NCBI GenBank assembly: GCA_036679645.1
Contig: JAZDCY010000028.1
Span: forward strand, 23,506-87,505
From: Gemmatimonadota bacterium
GTDB taxonomy: Bacteria > Gemmatimonadota > Gemmatimonadetes > Gemmatimonadales > GWC2-71-9
DNA: 64,000 nt
Direction of reading: 5' to 3'
Part shown: positions 31,352 to 40,846 of the stretch, in pieces
How positions within the stretch are numbered: the stretch's first letter is position 1
How the letters are laid out: the number at the start of each line of letters is the position of its first letter
Position numbers and translations under genes: made by a program
Notes under the pieces: model-generated
The model's input: only the letters and a program-made list of their open reading frames with translations
The model's database searches: none
Told to the model about the DNA's origin: nothing

Positions 31352-32287
31352 TCACGGCGTCTGTGCCCGCGCAAAGAGACCGATCACCTTGTGCACCAAC
31401 TTGGCCGCCAGGAAATCGGGCGCGACCATCCCGGGTATGGGCGCCAACTCAACCACGTCGCACCCCACGACGTGCCGTTCCCGGAACACGCGCTCGAGCA
31501 GCTCGAGCGTGGGGTACCACTGCCCGCCTCCCGGCTCCGGTGTGCCCGTCGATGGGATCAACGCCGGGTCGAAGTAATCAACATCGATTGTGATGTAGAC
31601 GTCGGGACCGAGCGCCGCCACGGCTCGATCGATCCAGCCGGGCGTCTCCAACTCGTGCGCGAAGATGGCGGGAATGTCATTTCGCCGGATCAGCTCCCGT
31701 TCGTCACCCGTAAGCGACCGAATCCCCACCGGGACGAGCCGCGCGGCATCGTGCACGCGGTACATGACACAGGCATGCGAGTAGGGCGTACCCTCATACT
31801 CGGTGCGCAGGTCAGCATGCGCGTCCAGCTGGAGCACAGAGAGCATCCCCTTGGACAGGCGATCGGCGTGCGCCAGGATGGGCGGGCCCGAAACGGAATG
31901 CTCGCCCCCCAACATGATCACGAACTTCTCGGTGTCGAGCAGCGCATCGAACGCCCGCCGCAACTCGGCCATCGCGACCTCTGGGCCCGCTCCCGAGAGC
32001 ATCAGCTCGGGTAGCGTGTGTAGGCCCACGCGGTACGGCTCGGCATCGAGAACCTCGTCGTACACTTCGACGTAGCGCGATGCGTGCAACAGGGCACGCG
32101 GACCGAACCGGGTGCCACCCATGTACGACACCGTTGCCTCATAGGGAACCGGCAGGATCAGGACGGCCGCGTCGCGGAAGCCCGACTCATTCGGCGGGAG
32201 ACCCAGAAAACTCTCCCCGGGGGCCCAGGGAAGGTCACGGAGTGCAGACGGCAGATCGGTTCCGGCCGCGTCGCGGAACTCGTTCAT
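31352..32287 (-). CDS. speB: Agmatinase
   Basis: 'GGEHS', 'DAHADL', 'DVDYFDP...TGTPEPGG'; ATGA overlap with pdaD stop. Confidence 0.93.
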   Translation of the reverse strand: MNEFRDAAGTDLPSALRDLPWAPGESFLGLPPNESGFRDAAVLILPVPYEATVSYMGGTRFGPRALLHASRYVEVYDEVLDAEPYRVGLHTLPELMLSGAGPEVAMAELRRAFDALLDTEKFVIMLGGEHSVSGPPILAHADRLSKGMLSVLQLDAHADLRTEYEGTPYSHACVMYRVHDAARLVPVGIRSLTGDERELIRRNDIPAIFAHELETPGWIDRAVAALGPDVYITIDVDYFDPALIPSTGTPEPGGGQWYPTLELLERVFRERHVVGCDVVELAPIPGMVAPDFLAAKLVHKVIGLFARAQTP

Positions 32288-32844
32288 CCGCAGAAAATGA
32301 CGGCGCTCATGGCGGTAACCCAACGTCCGTCGTCCTGCGCCTCGGCGGTGCAGCTCACGTTCAACGAGTTGACGATCTCCCCCGAGAGAAGCCACTGCTC
32401 CCGACGCTCATCCCACGCCTGATCCGGATCGAAGGGCACACCAAGTACGGTGGCTAGCATGCTCGCTGCGAGATCCTCGGCGTAGTCGCCCGCAGGCTCC
32501 CTGCGCACACCGAATGCGTGGTGCTCGGAGATGTATCCGTGATGCGAGGGGTCGGCCGGGATCGCGAGCCCAATTGCCGCTGCCGCGAGACGAGAAGGCT
32601 CATTGGTCTGTGCCTCCGCGACGACGGCAAAGACTACCTGACCCGGTTGGAGCAGTGGCAGTCCCTCTTCCGGTCTCATGAGCTTGCAGTGGGGAGGGAA
32701 GATACTGCTCACCCGCACCAGATTGTATTGCGCAACGCGTGCTTCGCGCAGTGCCAACTCGAAGCTGGTGAGCTTTTCCTTGTGTCGTCCGACGCCCTTT
32801 GTGAGGAAGGCGCGCGTAGGTACGAACATCCTCGAGTCAATCAC
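32284..32844 (-). CDS. pdaD: Pyruvoyl-dependent arginine decarboxylase
   Basis: 'SFELALR.A....NLV.VSSIFPP' (Ser-Ser cleavage site), 'GYISEHH', 'AEDLAA.MLA'; coupled to speB. Confidence 0.9.
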   Translation of the reverse strand: MIDSRMFVPTRAFLTKGVGRHKEKLTSFELALREARVAQYNLVRVSSIFPPHCKLMRPEEGLPLLQPGQVVFAVVAEAQTNEPSRLAAAAIGLAIPADPSHHGYISEHHAFGVRREPAGDYAEDLAASMLATVLGVPFDPDQAWDERREQWLLSGEIVNSLNVSCTAEAQDDGRWVTAMSAVIFCG

Positions 32845-33335
32845 GACGGTCGCTCCTCGCGTTCGTGACCTGTCACAGCCTCACGGGTCGTGTCCGAGGG
32901 AACGGGGTCATCGGCCTCAGCCGGGAACCACAGCTCGGGCGCGATCTCGACCGGGGGCTCCGCTTCACCCGCGCGCTCCCGCACGCCCCGGATGACGTCC
33001 GGGAGCACCCTGTCCGGGCCGGCGCCGACTTCTTCTACCGACACATGCGCCTGGCCCTTCTCCTGCCCGCGGATGATGAGAATGTAGGTGCCCGTGTGAA
33101 CCTGTAGCCGGTTCTCGTCAACTCGCACCGCAATCACAGCGGTTCCCCACTCGCGTTCCTCGTGCCGCACCGGTGGGAAGAGCCAGATGCGCTCGACCTG
33201 GGCGACGGGCAGCACCTCAGCAACGGCCGACGCAAGTTTCGTCCAGCCGATGCCGAGCCCAGCTGCCCGCGTGTCCACCGCGTCCCGCGCGGGCCGCGTT
33301 GCCGACATTTCGATGGCCGAACCCTTCGTCGTCAT
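32841..33335 (-). CDS. Hypothetical protein
   Basis: AGGGAG SD before ATG 33335; GTGA overlap with pdaD; protein-like composition. Confidence 0.65.
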   Translation of the reverse strand: MTTKGSAIEMSATRPARDAVDTRAAGLGIGWTKLASAVAEVLPVAQVERIWLFPPVRHEEREWGTAVIAVRVDENRLQVHTGTYILIIRGQEKGQAHVSVEEVGAGPDRVLPDVIRGVRERAGEAEPPVEIAPELWFPAEADDPVPSDTTREAVTGHEREERPS

Positions 33336-33449
33336 CTCTCCCTGCGTTGTCCGCGATGTGGCATGGCGGTGCAACCCGATTGGGTCACACCGAAATCTCG
33401 AAAAAGACGGCGCAAGATACTGGCAGCGGCGAGCCGTATCAAGGCGCCG

Positions 33450-35867
33450 TCACAGAACCGACACCGGATCGCGGTCGAACGAGACACGGACAGGTCCGCG
33501 GCGCACATGCGGGGCGCGGCGCGCTGCGTAGCGTTGCATCTTGCCGAGCAGCCTGCGGTCGCTCGACCTCAGGAGAAGATGCCAGCGCCACTGCCGTTTG
33601 ACCCGCGCCAACGGCGCCGGTGCCGGCCCCACGACCTCCGCCGCATGAAGACCACGCGAACGGATCAGCCCACGGAACCACTGCGACAACTCGTCCGCCG
33701 CTCGCCCGACCCCCGTCTCGTCGGGACCACTCACAATCACACGTACCAAACCGACATGCGGTGGGTAGGCCGGAGCGCGGCGCTGCGCGAGTTCTCGTTT
33801 CGCGAACCCCACGAAGTCGTGATCACGCGCGGCGGTCAACGCGGCGTGCCCGACGCTGCGGGTCTGAACGAGCACTTCACCACCGCGCGGCCCGCGGCCC
33901 GCTCGACCCGCGACCTGGGCAATCAGCTGAAACGTGCGCTCGGCTGCCCGAAAATCCGGCAGATGCAGTCCTGTGTCGGCATCGACGACCCCAACCAGCG
34001 TTACGCTCGGGAAATCGAGCCCTTTCGCGATCATCTGCGTCCCGAAAAGAATGTCGATCGCCCCGCTCCCCATCGCATCGAGTATACGCCGGTGCGACCA
34101 CTTGCGCGTCGTCGTATCCGCATCCATCCGGGCCAGCCGCGCCCGAGGAAACCGTGTCTCGAGCCATTCCTCCAGCGACTGCGTCCCAATCCCGCGCGTC
34201 CGGCGCGTCTCGTGCCCGCATGCATCACACACGGGGGCGAGCGCCTCATAGTGATCGCAGTAGTGGCAGCGCAAGCGCACGGGTTGTTGGTGCACGGTGA
34301 GCGCTATGGAGCAGTTGGGACATTCCTGCACGAGCCCACACGCCGGACACTGCACGTAGTGTGCAAACCCGCGCCGGTTGAGGAGAAGGAGCACCTGCTC
34401 GCCCGCTGCCAGGCGGGCTTCGACCGCGCGATCGAGCGCCTCGGACCAGGGAACTCCACGGCTCTGGGGCACGCGGGGGGCTGTCGTGAGGTCAATTAGC
34501 GTGACCGGTGGAAGCGGCCTCGCCCCGACTCGTTCCGGCAACCCAACGACGGTGATGCGATCACGCTGTGCCCACGTTTCGAGCGACGGGGTGGCGCTGG
34601 CCAGCACGACGCGCGCGTTCTCGGCCCGGGCGCGAGCCAGCGCTACTTCGCGCGCGTGGTACCGCGGTGCCTTGCCGTGCTTGTAACTGGCGTCGTGTTC
34701 TTCATCTAGGACGATCGCCGCGAGGTCCCGTACCGGTGCGAAAACCGCCGATCGCGCACCCACGACAACATGACGCTGCCCGCTGGCGACGGCACGCCAC
34801 GCATCGGCGCGCTCGGCGTCGGAGAGCCCCGAGTGCAACACCGATACCGCGTCTCCGAACACACCGCGCACTCGCGCGACGGTCTGCGGCGTGAGGGCGA
34901 TCTCGGGAACGAGCACGATCACGCCGCGACCAGCTGCGGCGTCACGGCGCACCGCCTCGAGGTAGACGGCCGTCTTGCCGCTTCCGGTCACGCCGAACAG
35001 CAGACTGGCCGTTCCTCGTTTCCTAGCGCCGAGCGCCTCGACTGCGCGACACTGGTCGGGGCTGAGCGTGTCGGGAGGGGGAGTCTCCACACCGGCGAAC
35101 GGGTCCCGCAACCGCTCGCGTTCCTCTATGCGCGCCACGGAGCGCGCCACGAGCCCGTGCAGCACCGCAGGAGAAAACCCGACCTGCCGCACGAGATGCG
35201 ACCACAGAGCCTCTCCGCCCAGTTCGTCGATAATGTCGTAGGCCGTGCGTTGGCGCACGGCCCGTCCAAAGACCTGCTGGCGCTCCAAGAGCACGGGTAG
35301 GGATCGCGTGAGGACGACCACCCGTTCCTTGCCGGCGCGGGGTCCCAATCGCGGGGGCTCGGTCTCGAGCGTTACCGCACCCGTGCGTTCCAGCCGCTGG
35401 AGCGCGTCCCACACCGGCCGCTGCATCATCCGCGTCAACCGGCTCGCGGTAACTCGGCCGCCGGCCCGCTCGATCGCTTCGTACACATCGCCGCCAGCTC
35501 CACCCGGCACGCTTTCCGGTGCGCGCGCAACCGCAACCAGCCGCGACGCGCCCCACAACGCCCCCGGTAGCATCGCCCGCATCGTTACGCCGAGCGGTGT
35601 GGCGTAATAGCTCGCGACCCAGCGGGCCAAATTCAGCAACGACACCGGCATGATGGCACGAGGATCAGGGGCCAGGAGCACCGATCGAAGATCCGGAGCT
35701 TCGTCATCACCGGTCGCGACGACGATCCCCACCATCTCCCGCCCGCGCACCGGTACGACCACGCGTACCCCCGGCACCACGCGGTCCGCAAGGGCCCGCG
35801 GCAAGTTGTAGCGATAGGGATGCGCCGCGGGAAGTGGCAGCGCGACCGAGCAGGTGGTGGGAATCAC
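33450..35867 (-). CDS. priA: Primosomal protein N' (replication restart helicase)
   Basis: 'GVTGSGKT', 'LVPEIALTPQ', 'DEEHD.SYK', 'SATPS', Cys-rich region, 'GTQMIAKGLDF', 'QVAGRAGR'; GTGA overlap start. Confidence 0.96.
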   Translation of the reverse strand: MIPTTCSVALPLPAAHPYRYNLPRALADRVVPGVRVVVPVRGREMVGIVVATGDDEAPDLRSVLLAPDPRAIMPVSLLNLARWVASYYATPLGVTMRAMLPGALWGASRLVAVARAPESVPGGAGGDVYEAIERAGGRVTASRLTRMMQRPVWDALQRLERTGAVTLETEPPRLGPRAGKERVVVLTRSLPVLLERQQVFGRAVRQRTAYDIIDELGGEALWSHLVRQVGFSPAVLHGLVARSVARIEERERLRDPFAGVETPPPDTLSPDQCRAVEALGARKRGTASLLFGVTGSGKTAVYLEAVRRDAAAGRGVIVLVPEIALTPQTVARVRGVFGDAVSVLHSGLSDAERADAWRAVASGQRHVVVGARSAVFAPVRDLAAIVLDEEHDASYKHGKAPRYHAREVALARARAENARVVLASATPSLETWAQRDRITVVGLPERVGARPLPPVTLIDLTTAPRVPQSRGVPWSEALDRAVEARLAAGEQVLLLLNRRGFAHYVQCPACGLVQECPNCSIALTVHQQPVRLRCHYCDHYEALAPVCDACGHETRRTRGIGTQSLEEWLETRFPRARLARMDADTTTRKWSHRRILDAMGSGAIDILFGTQMIAKGLDFPSVTLVGVVDADTGLHLPDFRAAERTFQLIAQVAGRAGRGPRGGEVLVQTRSVGHAALTAARDHDFVGFAKRELAQRRAPAYPPHVGLVRVIVSGPDETGVGRAADELSQWFRGLIRSRGLHAAEVVGPAPAPLARVKRQWRWHLLLRSSDRRLLGKMQRYAARRAPHVRRGPVRVSFDRDPVSVL

Positions 35868-36613
35868 CCGTGCGGCCAACGAACGCCGCGCACGATCGAG
35901 AGCCCGAGCACTCGCGTGCGCGTGAGCAGACGGAGCGCCCGTAACGGACCGCCGAGAACCGCCCGTACACCCTTCCACCGCGCGGCGCGCCAGCCGCGCA
36001 GAAGGAGCTCCACCAATCCGTGTGCGATCCACCCCCCGTCGAGCGCGGCGTCCTCCACTGTCAACTCCACGAACCCCGCCGCGCCCATCAACTGCTTCCA
36101 CTCCATGAGAACACGTGGGCGAATCCCCAGTGCTCCGATCTGCGCGGCGGCGTCTTCGCTTGGAGACTGCAGCCACGTCGGGACGACCGCGACCATGACG
36201 CTCATCGGCCGGGCCACGCGCGCCGCCTGCTCCAGCGCGCGCGCACCGTCCACATTCGCCAGCGCCGGCAGGTAGATGATCGTGAGGTCGAACATGTCTG
36301 TCTCGTGCGGGAGGTCCTCGGCAGAACCAGTCTGGAACGTCACCAGGTCCGACAGACCTGTCGCGCGCATCGCGTCTTCGGCCGACTCGATCGCCGCGGG
36401 GTCGGGATCGACGCCGGTGACCCGCATGTGAAACCGCTCGGCCCACCACAACACCGAACGCCCCGAGCCGCACCCAACCCACAGCGCCTCAGACGACCGA
36501 TCCGGTTCCGCCAGCCGCGCAATCCGTTCATGGATCGTCTCGGCGACACCGGTCCAGGGTTGGAGAATCGCGAGGACAACAGACGGCGAGAGCTGCACCG
36601 TTGAGACCGTCAT
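35864..36613 (-). CDS. Class I SAM-dependent methyltransferase
   Basis: Motif I variant 'LWVGCGSG', 'VTGVD', 'GSAEDLP...FD'. Confidence 0.8.
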   Translation of the reverse strand: MTVSTVQLSPSVVLAILQPWTGVAETIHERIARLAEPDRSSEALWVGCGSGRSVLWWAERFHMRVTGVDPDPAAIESAEDAMRATGLSDLVTFQTGSAEDLPHETDMFDLTIIYLPALANVDGARALEQAARVARPMSVMVAVVPTWLQSPSEDAAAQIGALGIRPRVLMEWKQLMGAAGFVELTVEDAALDGGWIAHGLVELLLRGWRAARWKGVRAVLGGPLRALRLLTRTRVLGLSIVRGVRWPHG

Positions 36614-37551
36614 CGCTGCACGCTCATCGCCTCCACATGCGCGACCGCTGCCGCGGCGATGCGCTGCGGCACGTATCCGCCTTCCAGCACAGACGCCATT
36701 GGCGCGCCGAGGGCGCGCCACCCGGCGGTCCACTCCGCGTAGTCGTCCGGCTCGAGCGTGAACCCGGCGAGTGGGTCGCCTGCCATGGCGTCAAAGCCCG
36801 CCGAAATGAGCAACAACTCCGGTAGCCATCCATCGGTGGCACGCGCCACAGCCTCGTCGAGGTCGGCCCAATAGGATGCGCGGGGCAGTCCCGGCGCTCG
36901 CGGAACATTGAAGATATTCCCTACCCCGCGCTCATCGGCATGACCGGTACCCGGATAGAGTGGCGACTGATGGAGCGAGACAAACCGAATAGACGAGTCG
37001 TGGGCGACCAGGTCCTGCGTACCGTTACCGTGGTGCACGTCCCAGTCGACGATCAGCACCCGCTCTACCCCACGCTCGGCCATCACCGCCCGTGCGGCAA
37101 CCACGACGTTATTGATGAAACAAAACCCCATAGCACGTGTGGCAGTGGCGTGGTGGCCCGGTGGCCGGACCGGGGCAAACGCCGGCACCCCATCGAGCGC
37201 CGATCTCGCGGCACCGATGGCCGCGCCGGCGGCGTGTACGGCGGCTGCCCAAGTCGCGGCGTTCATCACGGTATCGGCGTAGGGCTCGCGGCCGAGGGCA
37301 CCACCGCCCCCCTCGGCGATCTGCCGGAGGCGCGCCAGGTGTGCCGGTGGATGCACCCGCTGCAGCTGCTCTTCGGAGGCGGGTACCGCGGTCACCCAGT
37401 CCGCGCGTGCGCCGATCGGAGAAGTCTCGAGAGCTGCCGTGATGGCCCGGATACGTTCGGGTGACTCGGGGTGGTGCGGACCGGCCTCGTGCTCCACGGA
37501 ACTCGGGTGCGTGAAGAGGCGAACAGGAGGGGCGGGGATGGTGTCGGGCAT
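36610..37551 (-). CDS. Histone deacetylase family protein (AcuC/acetylpolyamine amidohydrolase-like)
   Basis: 'HPESPERI', 'RPPGHHA', 'GFC..NN', 'DWDVHHGNGTQ', 'SAGFD', 'LEGGY'. Confidence 0.93.
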   Translation of the reverse strand: MPDTIPAPPVRLFTHPSSVEHEAGPHHPESPERIRAITAALETSPIGARADWVTAVPASEEQLQRVHPPAHLARLRQIAEGGGGALGREPYADTVMNAATWAAAVHAAGAAIGAARSALDGVPAFAPVRPPGHHATATRAMGFCFINNVVVAARAVMAERGVERVLIVDWDVHHGNGTQDLVAHDSSIRFVSLHQSPLYPGTGHADERGVGNIFNVPRAPGLPRASYWADLDEAVARATDGWLPELLLISAGFDAMAGDPLAGFTLEPDDYAEWTAGWRALGAPMASVLEGGYVPQRIAAAAVAHVEAMSVQR

Positions 37552-37573
37552 GTCAACGGGGGAATTCCCGGTG

Positions 37574-37840
37574 CTATCGCTGCGCGTCCTCGACCGCCTG
37601 GGAAAGCCGGCGCACCTCATGTCGCAGGGCAGCCCGCGCCTGGTCCAACTCAACGAGTCGTGCCAGGTAGCGCCGCCAGAGGACGACGACGCCGACACTC
37701 GCGCCCGCGAACACCACGCCCCAGACAATCAACCCCGCTCGCGCCGTCCAGACACCCGCAAGCACCAGCAGAACAGCGTCGAGCAGGAGAAACCCCGCAG
37801 CAAAAATCGTCAGCGTCCGCGCACGCGGCCGACGGGCCAT
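37574..37840 (-). CDS. Small 2-TM protein with C-terminal coiled coil
   Basis: Two hydrophobic segments; operon position. Confidence 0.65.
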   Translation of the reverse strand: MARRPRARTLTIFAAGFLLLDAVLLVLAGVWTARAGLIVWGVVFAGASVGVVVLWRRYLARLVELDQARAALRHEVRRLSQAVEDAQR

Positions 37841-37853
37841 CAGGACCGCTCCG

Positions 37854-38123
37854 TCACCAAACGGGACGCCGCTGGCGAGGGAGAACAATCAGTGGAGCGC
37901 CAGACGGGATCCCGAGATCGCCGACGGTCCGCGACTCGTCCAGCACCTCGGCCCCTCGGTACTTGAGCAGGTAGGCGCTTGCATCCGGTCGCCTGCCGAG
38001 CGCCTCCTCCAGCGCCTCGACCTTCACATCGCCGAGCGCGGTGGTCGGGGAGACGGTCACGGTTACCGTATCCCAGACATCCGGCACAGTGACATTCAGC
38101 CGCACGTCGGCGCCGTCGCTCAC
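37854..38123 (-). CDS. Ubiquitin-like (YukD/EsaB-like beta-grasp) small protein
   Basis: 'V.V.P.T.LGDVK.....L......YLLKYRG.EV.DES.TV.DLGI..G..LIV' pattern; ATGA overlap. Confidence 0.65.
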   Translation of the reverse strand: MSDGADVRLNVTVPDVWDTVTVTVSPTTALGDVKVEALEEALGRRPDASAYLLKYRGAEVLDESRTVGDLGIPSGAPLIVLPRQRRPVW

Positions 38124-38392
38124 TCGGTCATCTCTTCAACCACGGGCAGCGTCGAGTAGAAGCGATCTATCGATTGCGTAAAGAGAAGCGACGAGGCGCG
38201 CACACAAGTGCCGGCTTCTCCTGCGATCGCGGCAATGGCTATCTCCTCGCCGCCCTGACCTCGAAACGTGGCGAACGTAGGTCCTTCCTCCTCGAGAAAG
38301 GCTCCGACGTGGGGAACGCGCTCCGCGAAGAATTCCTTGGCGCGCTCGATGACCTCTCGCGCCGGCAGCGTCGTAGTTATTTCATGCACCAT
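38120..38392 (-). CDS. Small hypothetical protein
   Basis: AGGAG SD; coupled to the ubiquitin-like gene. Confidence 0.65.
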   Translation of the reverse strand: MVHEITTTLPAREVIERAKEFFAERVPHVGAFLEEEGPTFATFRGQGGEEIAIAAIAGEAGTCVRASSLLFTQSIDRFYSTLPVVEEMTE

Positions 38393-38561
38393 GGCAAGTA
38401 CGTCTCCTATGGGCCACACGGCCACCGGCAAACTAACGCCGCGTCCGGGTCGTTCCCAGCCCAGCGCCTAAAACGAGCGCGGCAACCGTGGACGCCGGCA
38501 CCCGCCTCGCATCGCTCGACAGCATGGCTCCACGATGCGTTGTAGGCATCCGACCTGCAAG

Positions 38562-39263
38562 CTACCGCTGCGAGGGTGTCGACGGCCTCCTCCGGGCGAT
38601 GGCGCGAGCACAGGACGGTGGGGTCGACACCCGCAACAAGTCGCGCAAGCGCGGCCGGCGCCGAAACACGATGACAACCTCGCCCGGCGGTGGCTCGTCG
38701 ATACCGTCGAGTGAAAGGAAGAGCGGAAGTGGGTGGGCAGGGACGTCGACCCCATATTGCTGCCCGTGCCACGTCAACGTGTACCGGGCCGGGCAGGTTC
38801 GTACCAGAACGTCACAGAAGAAATCGTCGTCCACGCGGTAGACATGCTCTGCGATTTCCTCACCGGCGGCATGAAACAGCGGGTCGAAGACGCGGCCCTC
38901 CTGCCGCGCGAAGTTCTGCTCGGCGGCCCAGTCGTAGCGCTCCAGCGCATCGGCGTTCGCGCGCCACTCGAGATGATGCCGCAACTCGTGGGTGAGCGTC
39001 TCCCATGCCTCCTCCCGCCACGAGAAGTTCTCGTCTTGCCCCGCCAACGCGAGAAACGACCCGTGATACAACACGACACGGGATACGACGTCATCCAGAT
39101 CGCCATGTATGGGAATACACTCACCGAGCGTGTAGACGTCCGCGAGCGTAGGATGCGGCAGGGCCCGCGGACTCACATCGATCGCCGCAATCCCATCCAG
39201 ATACTCTGCCGGGACCTCGCCGGCGAGTTGTCGAATCAACCGGTCAAACTGCTCGTACTGCAC
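38562..39263 (-). CDS. Zincin-like metallopeptidase family protein
   Basis: 'YEQF...L..EVP.EYL', 'VVLY..SF', 'TLTHELRHH'. Confidence 0.8.
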   Translation of the reverse strand: MQYEQFDRLIRQLAGEVPAEYLDGIAAIDVSPRALPHPTLADVYTLGECIPIHGDLDDVVSRVVLYHGSFLALAGQDENFSWREEAWETLTHELRHHLEWRANADALERYDWAAEQNFARQEGRVFDPLFHAAGEEIAEHVYRVDDDFFCDVLVRTCPARYTLTWHGQQYGVDVPAHPLPLFLSLDGIDEPPPGEVVIVFRRRPRLRDLLRVSTPPSCARAIARRRPSTPSQR

Positions 39264-39284
39264 CCAAACTCGCCATTCGTAGGG

Positions 39285-40817
39285 CTACTCCTCCACCGCT
39301 CCCCCCGACCTCCGTCCCAGCCACCGGTTCGCCACCAACAGCAGCACGAAGACAACTCCCCACTGGAGCAGAATCGTGCCCACTGTCTCCTTGCTGAACG
39401 GTTCCAACCAACCCTCGGGATCCCAGCCGCGTGACTGCCACAACCACCACACCAGCAACACGACTGCCTGCAACGGCACCAGCACCCCGATCACGATCTC
39501 CCACCATTTCCCAATCCGGATATCCGAGTGTTCGTGGTTCAACTGCTCGGCCCGGAAACGCTGCACGCCGTGAGTGATGACGGCAATGGCGAAGAACAAC
39601 CCCGACACCATGAGCGCCACACCCCATACCCAATCCTGGTTGCCGAGAAACTGTACGGAGAACGCCGAGGGAAAGCCCAGCAGGAATCCGGCGATGGCGA
39701 CGATGCGCACGCCCCGCCGTCGATCGACGCCCAGGTCGGCCAAAACGCGTGTCGCGAGTTCGACCATCGCCACGAGACTCGTGAAGGCCGCAAACGACAG
39801 CGCCACGAAAAAGAGGATCATGAAGAACTGGCCGCCCGGCACGCGCGCAAATAGCTGCGGCATCCAGATGAACGTGAGCCCCTCGTTGGTCGCCCCAAAG
39901 ATCTCGGCCTGAATGAGATCGGCGTTCACCGCACCACCGGCGGTGACGGCTTCCTGCAGCGACGGGAACGCGGCAAGGGCCTCGGGGTTGGCTGCAAGGT
40001 CCGAGATGACCGCGAAGACGGTGCTGATGACCATGATGCCCGCCAGGAGCGAAACGATGTTGTTCGCCGTGGGCACGATGAACGCGTTGAGCGCCGTGTC
40101 CTCATTGGGGCGCATGTACGCCGCGTAGACGAGTACCAAACCCCATCCCGCACCCGTGTCCCAGGCATTCTGCGTCAGCGCCTGGAGCCAGATGTTGGCG
40201 TCACCCAACTGGTGCCAGTCGACACTGAAAAGAAACGAAAGTCCTGCACCCGCACCCGGCAACGTGACCGCGTAGCCGGCGAGAAGGACGACGAGTACCA
40301 GCAACGCGGGCATGAGCACGCGCGCCACACGTTCGATGGCCCGGACGCCGCGGGAGACGACGTACGCGGCAAGACCGATCGCTACCGCGTGTGTCACTAC
40401 CGGCCAGATGGACTCGGTGTACTGGGTCCAGAACGCTCCAGGGTCGGTACCCGAGATTTCCCCCGTCACCGACGCCACGACGTAGCGAATCGTCCACCCC
40501 GCGACGACCGAGTAGTAGAACATGATGGCGACCGCCACGAACCCGACGAACGCGCCCATCCACGCCCACCTTGGCCCCATCATCGCCACGAACGCGCGGA
40601 CCGGACCGGCACGCACTTTCCTGCCGAGGCCGAACTCGACCAGGATCAACGGGATCGACCAGAGCAGCAGGAAAGCAACCCACGCGACGAGGAACTCGCC
40701 CCCACCGTTCTGCGCGGCGATACGCGGGAACCGCCAGATGTTGCCCGTACCCACCGCCATGCCGAGCATGGCGAGCAGCATCATCCAGCGGGATGAGAAT
40801 CCTTCGGTCCGCGCCAC
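39285..40817 (-). CDS. Sodium-dependent transporter, SNF/NSS family
   Basis: 'GMAVGTGNIWRFP.....NGGG.F', 'FYYSVV.GW', 'GL.FI..P..F', 'AAFTS'. Confidence 0.93.
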   Translation of the reverse strand: MARTEGFSSRWMMLLAMLGMAVGTGNIWRFPRIAAQNGGGEFLVAWVAFLLLWSIPLILVEFGLGRKVRAGPVRAFVAMMGPRWAWMGAFVGFVAVAIMFYYSVVAGWTIRYVVASVTGEISGTDPGAFWTQYTESIWPVVTHAVAIGLAAYVVSRGVRAIERVARVLMPALLVLVVLLAGYAVTLPGAGAGLSFLFSVDWHQLGDANIWLQALTQNAWDTGAGWGLVLVYAAYMRPNEDTALNAFIVPTANNIVSLLAGIMVISTVFAVISDLAANPEALAAFPSLQEAVTAGGAVNADLIQAEIFGATNEGLTFIWMPQLFARVPGGQFFMILFFVALSFAAFTSLVAMVELATRVLADLGVDRRRGVRIVAIAGFLLGFPSAFSVQFLGNQDWVWGVALMVSGLFFAIAVITHGVQRFRAEQLNHEHSDIRIGKWWEIVIGVLVPLQAVVLLVWWLWQSRGWDPEGWLEPFSKETVGTILLQWGVVFVLLLVANRWLGRRSGGAVEE

Positions 40818-40846
40818 GCGTCCCCCTTTGTTGGTCGTCCCGCCCG

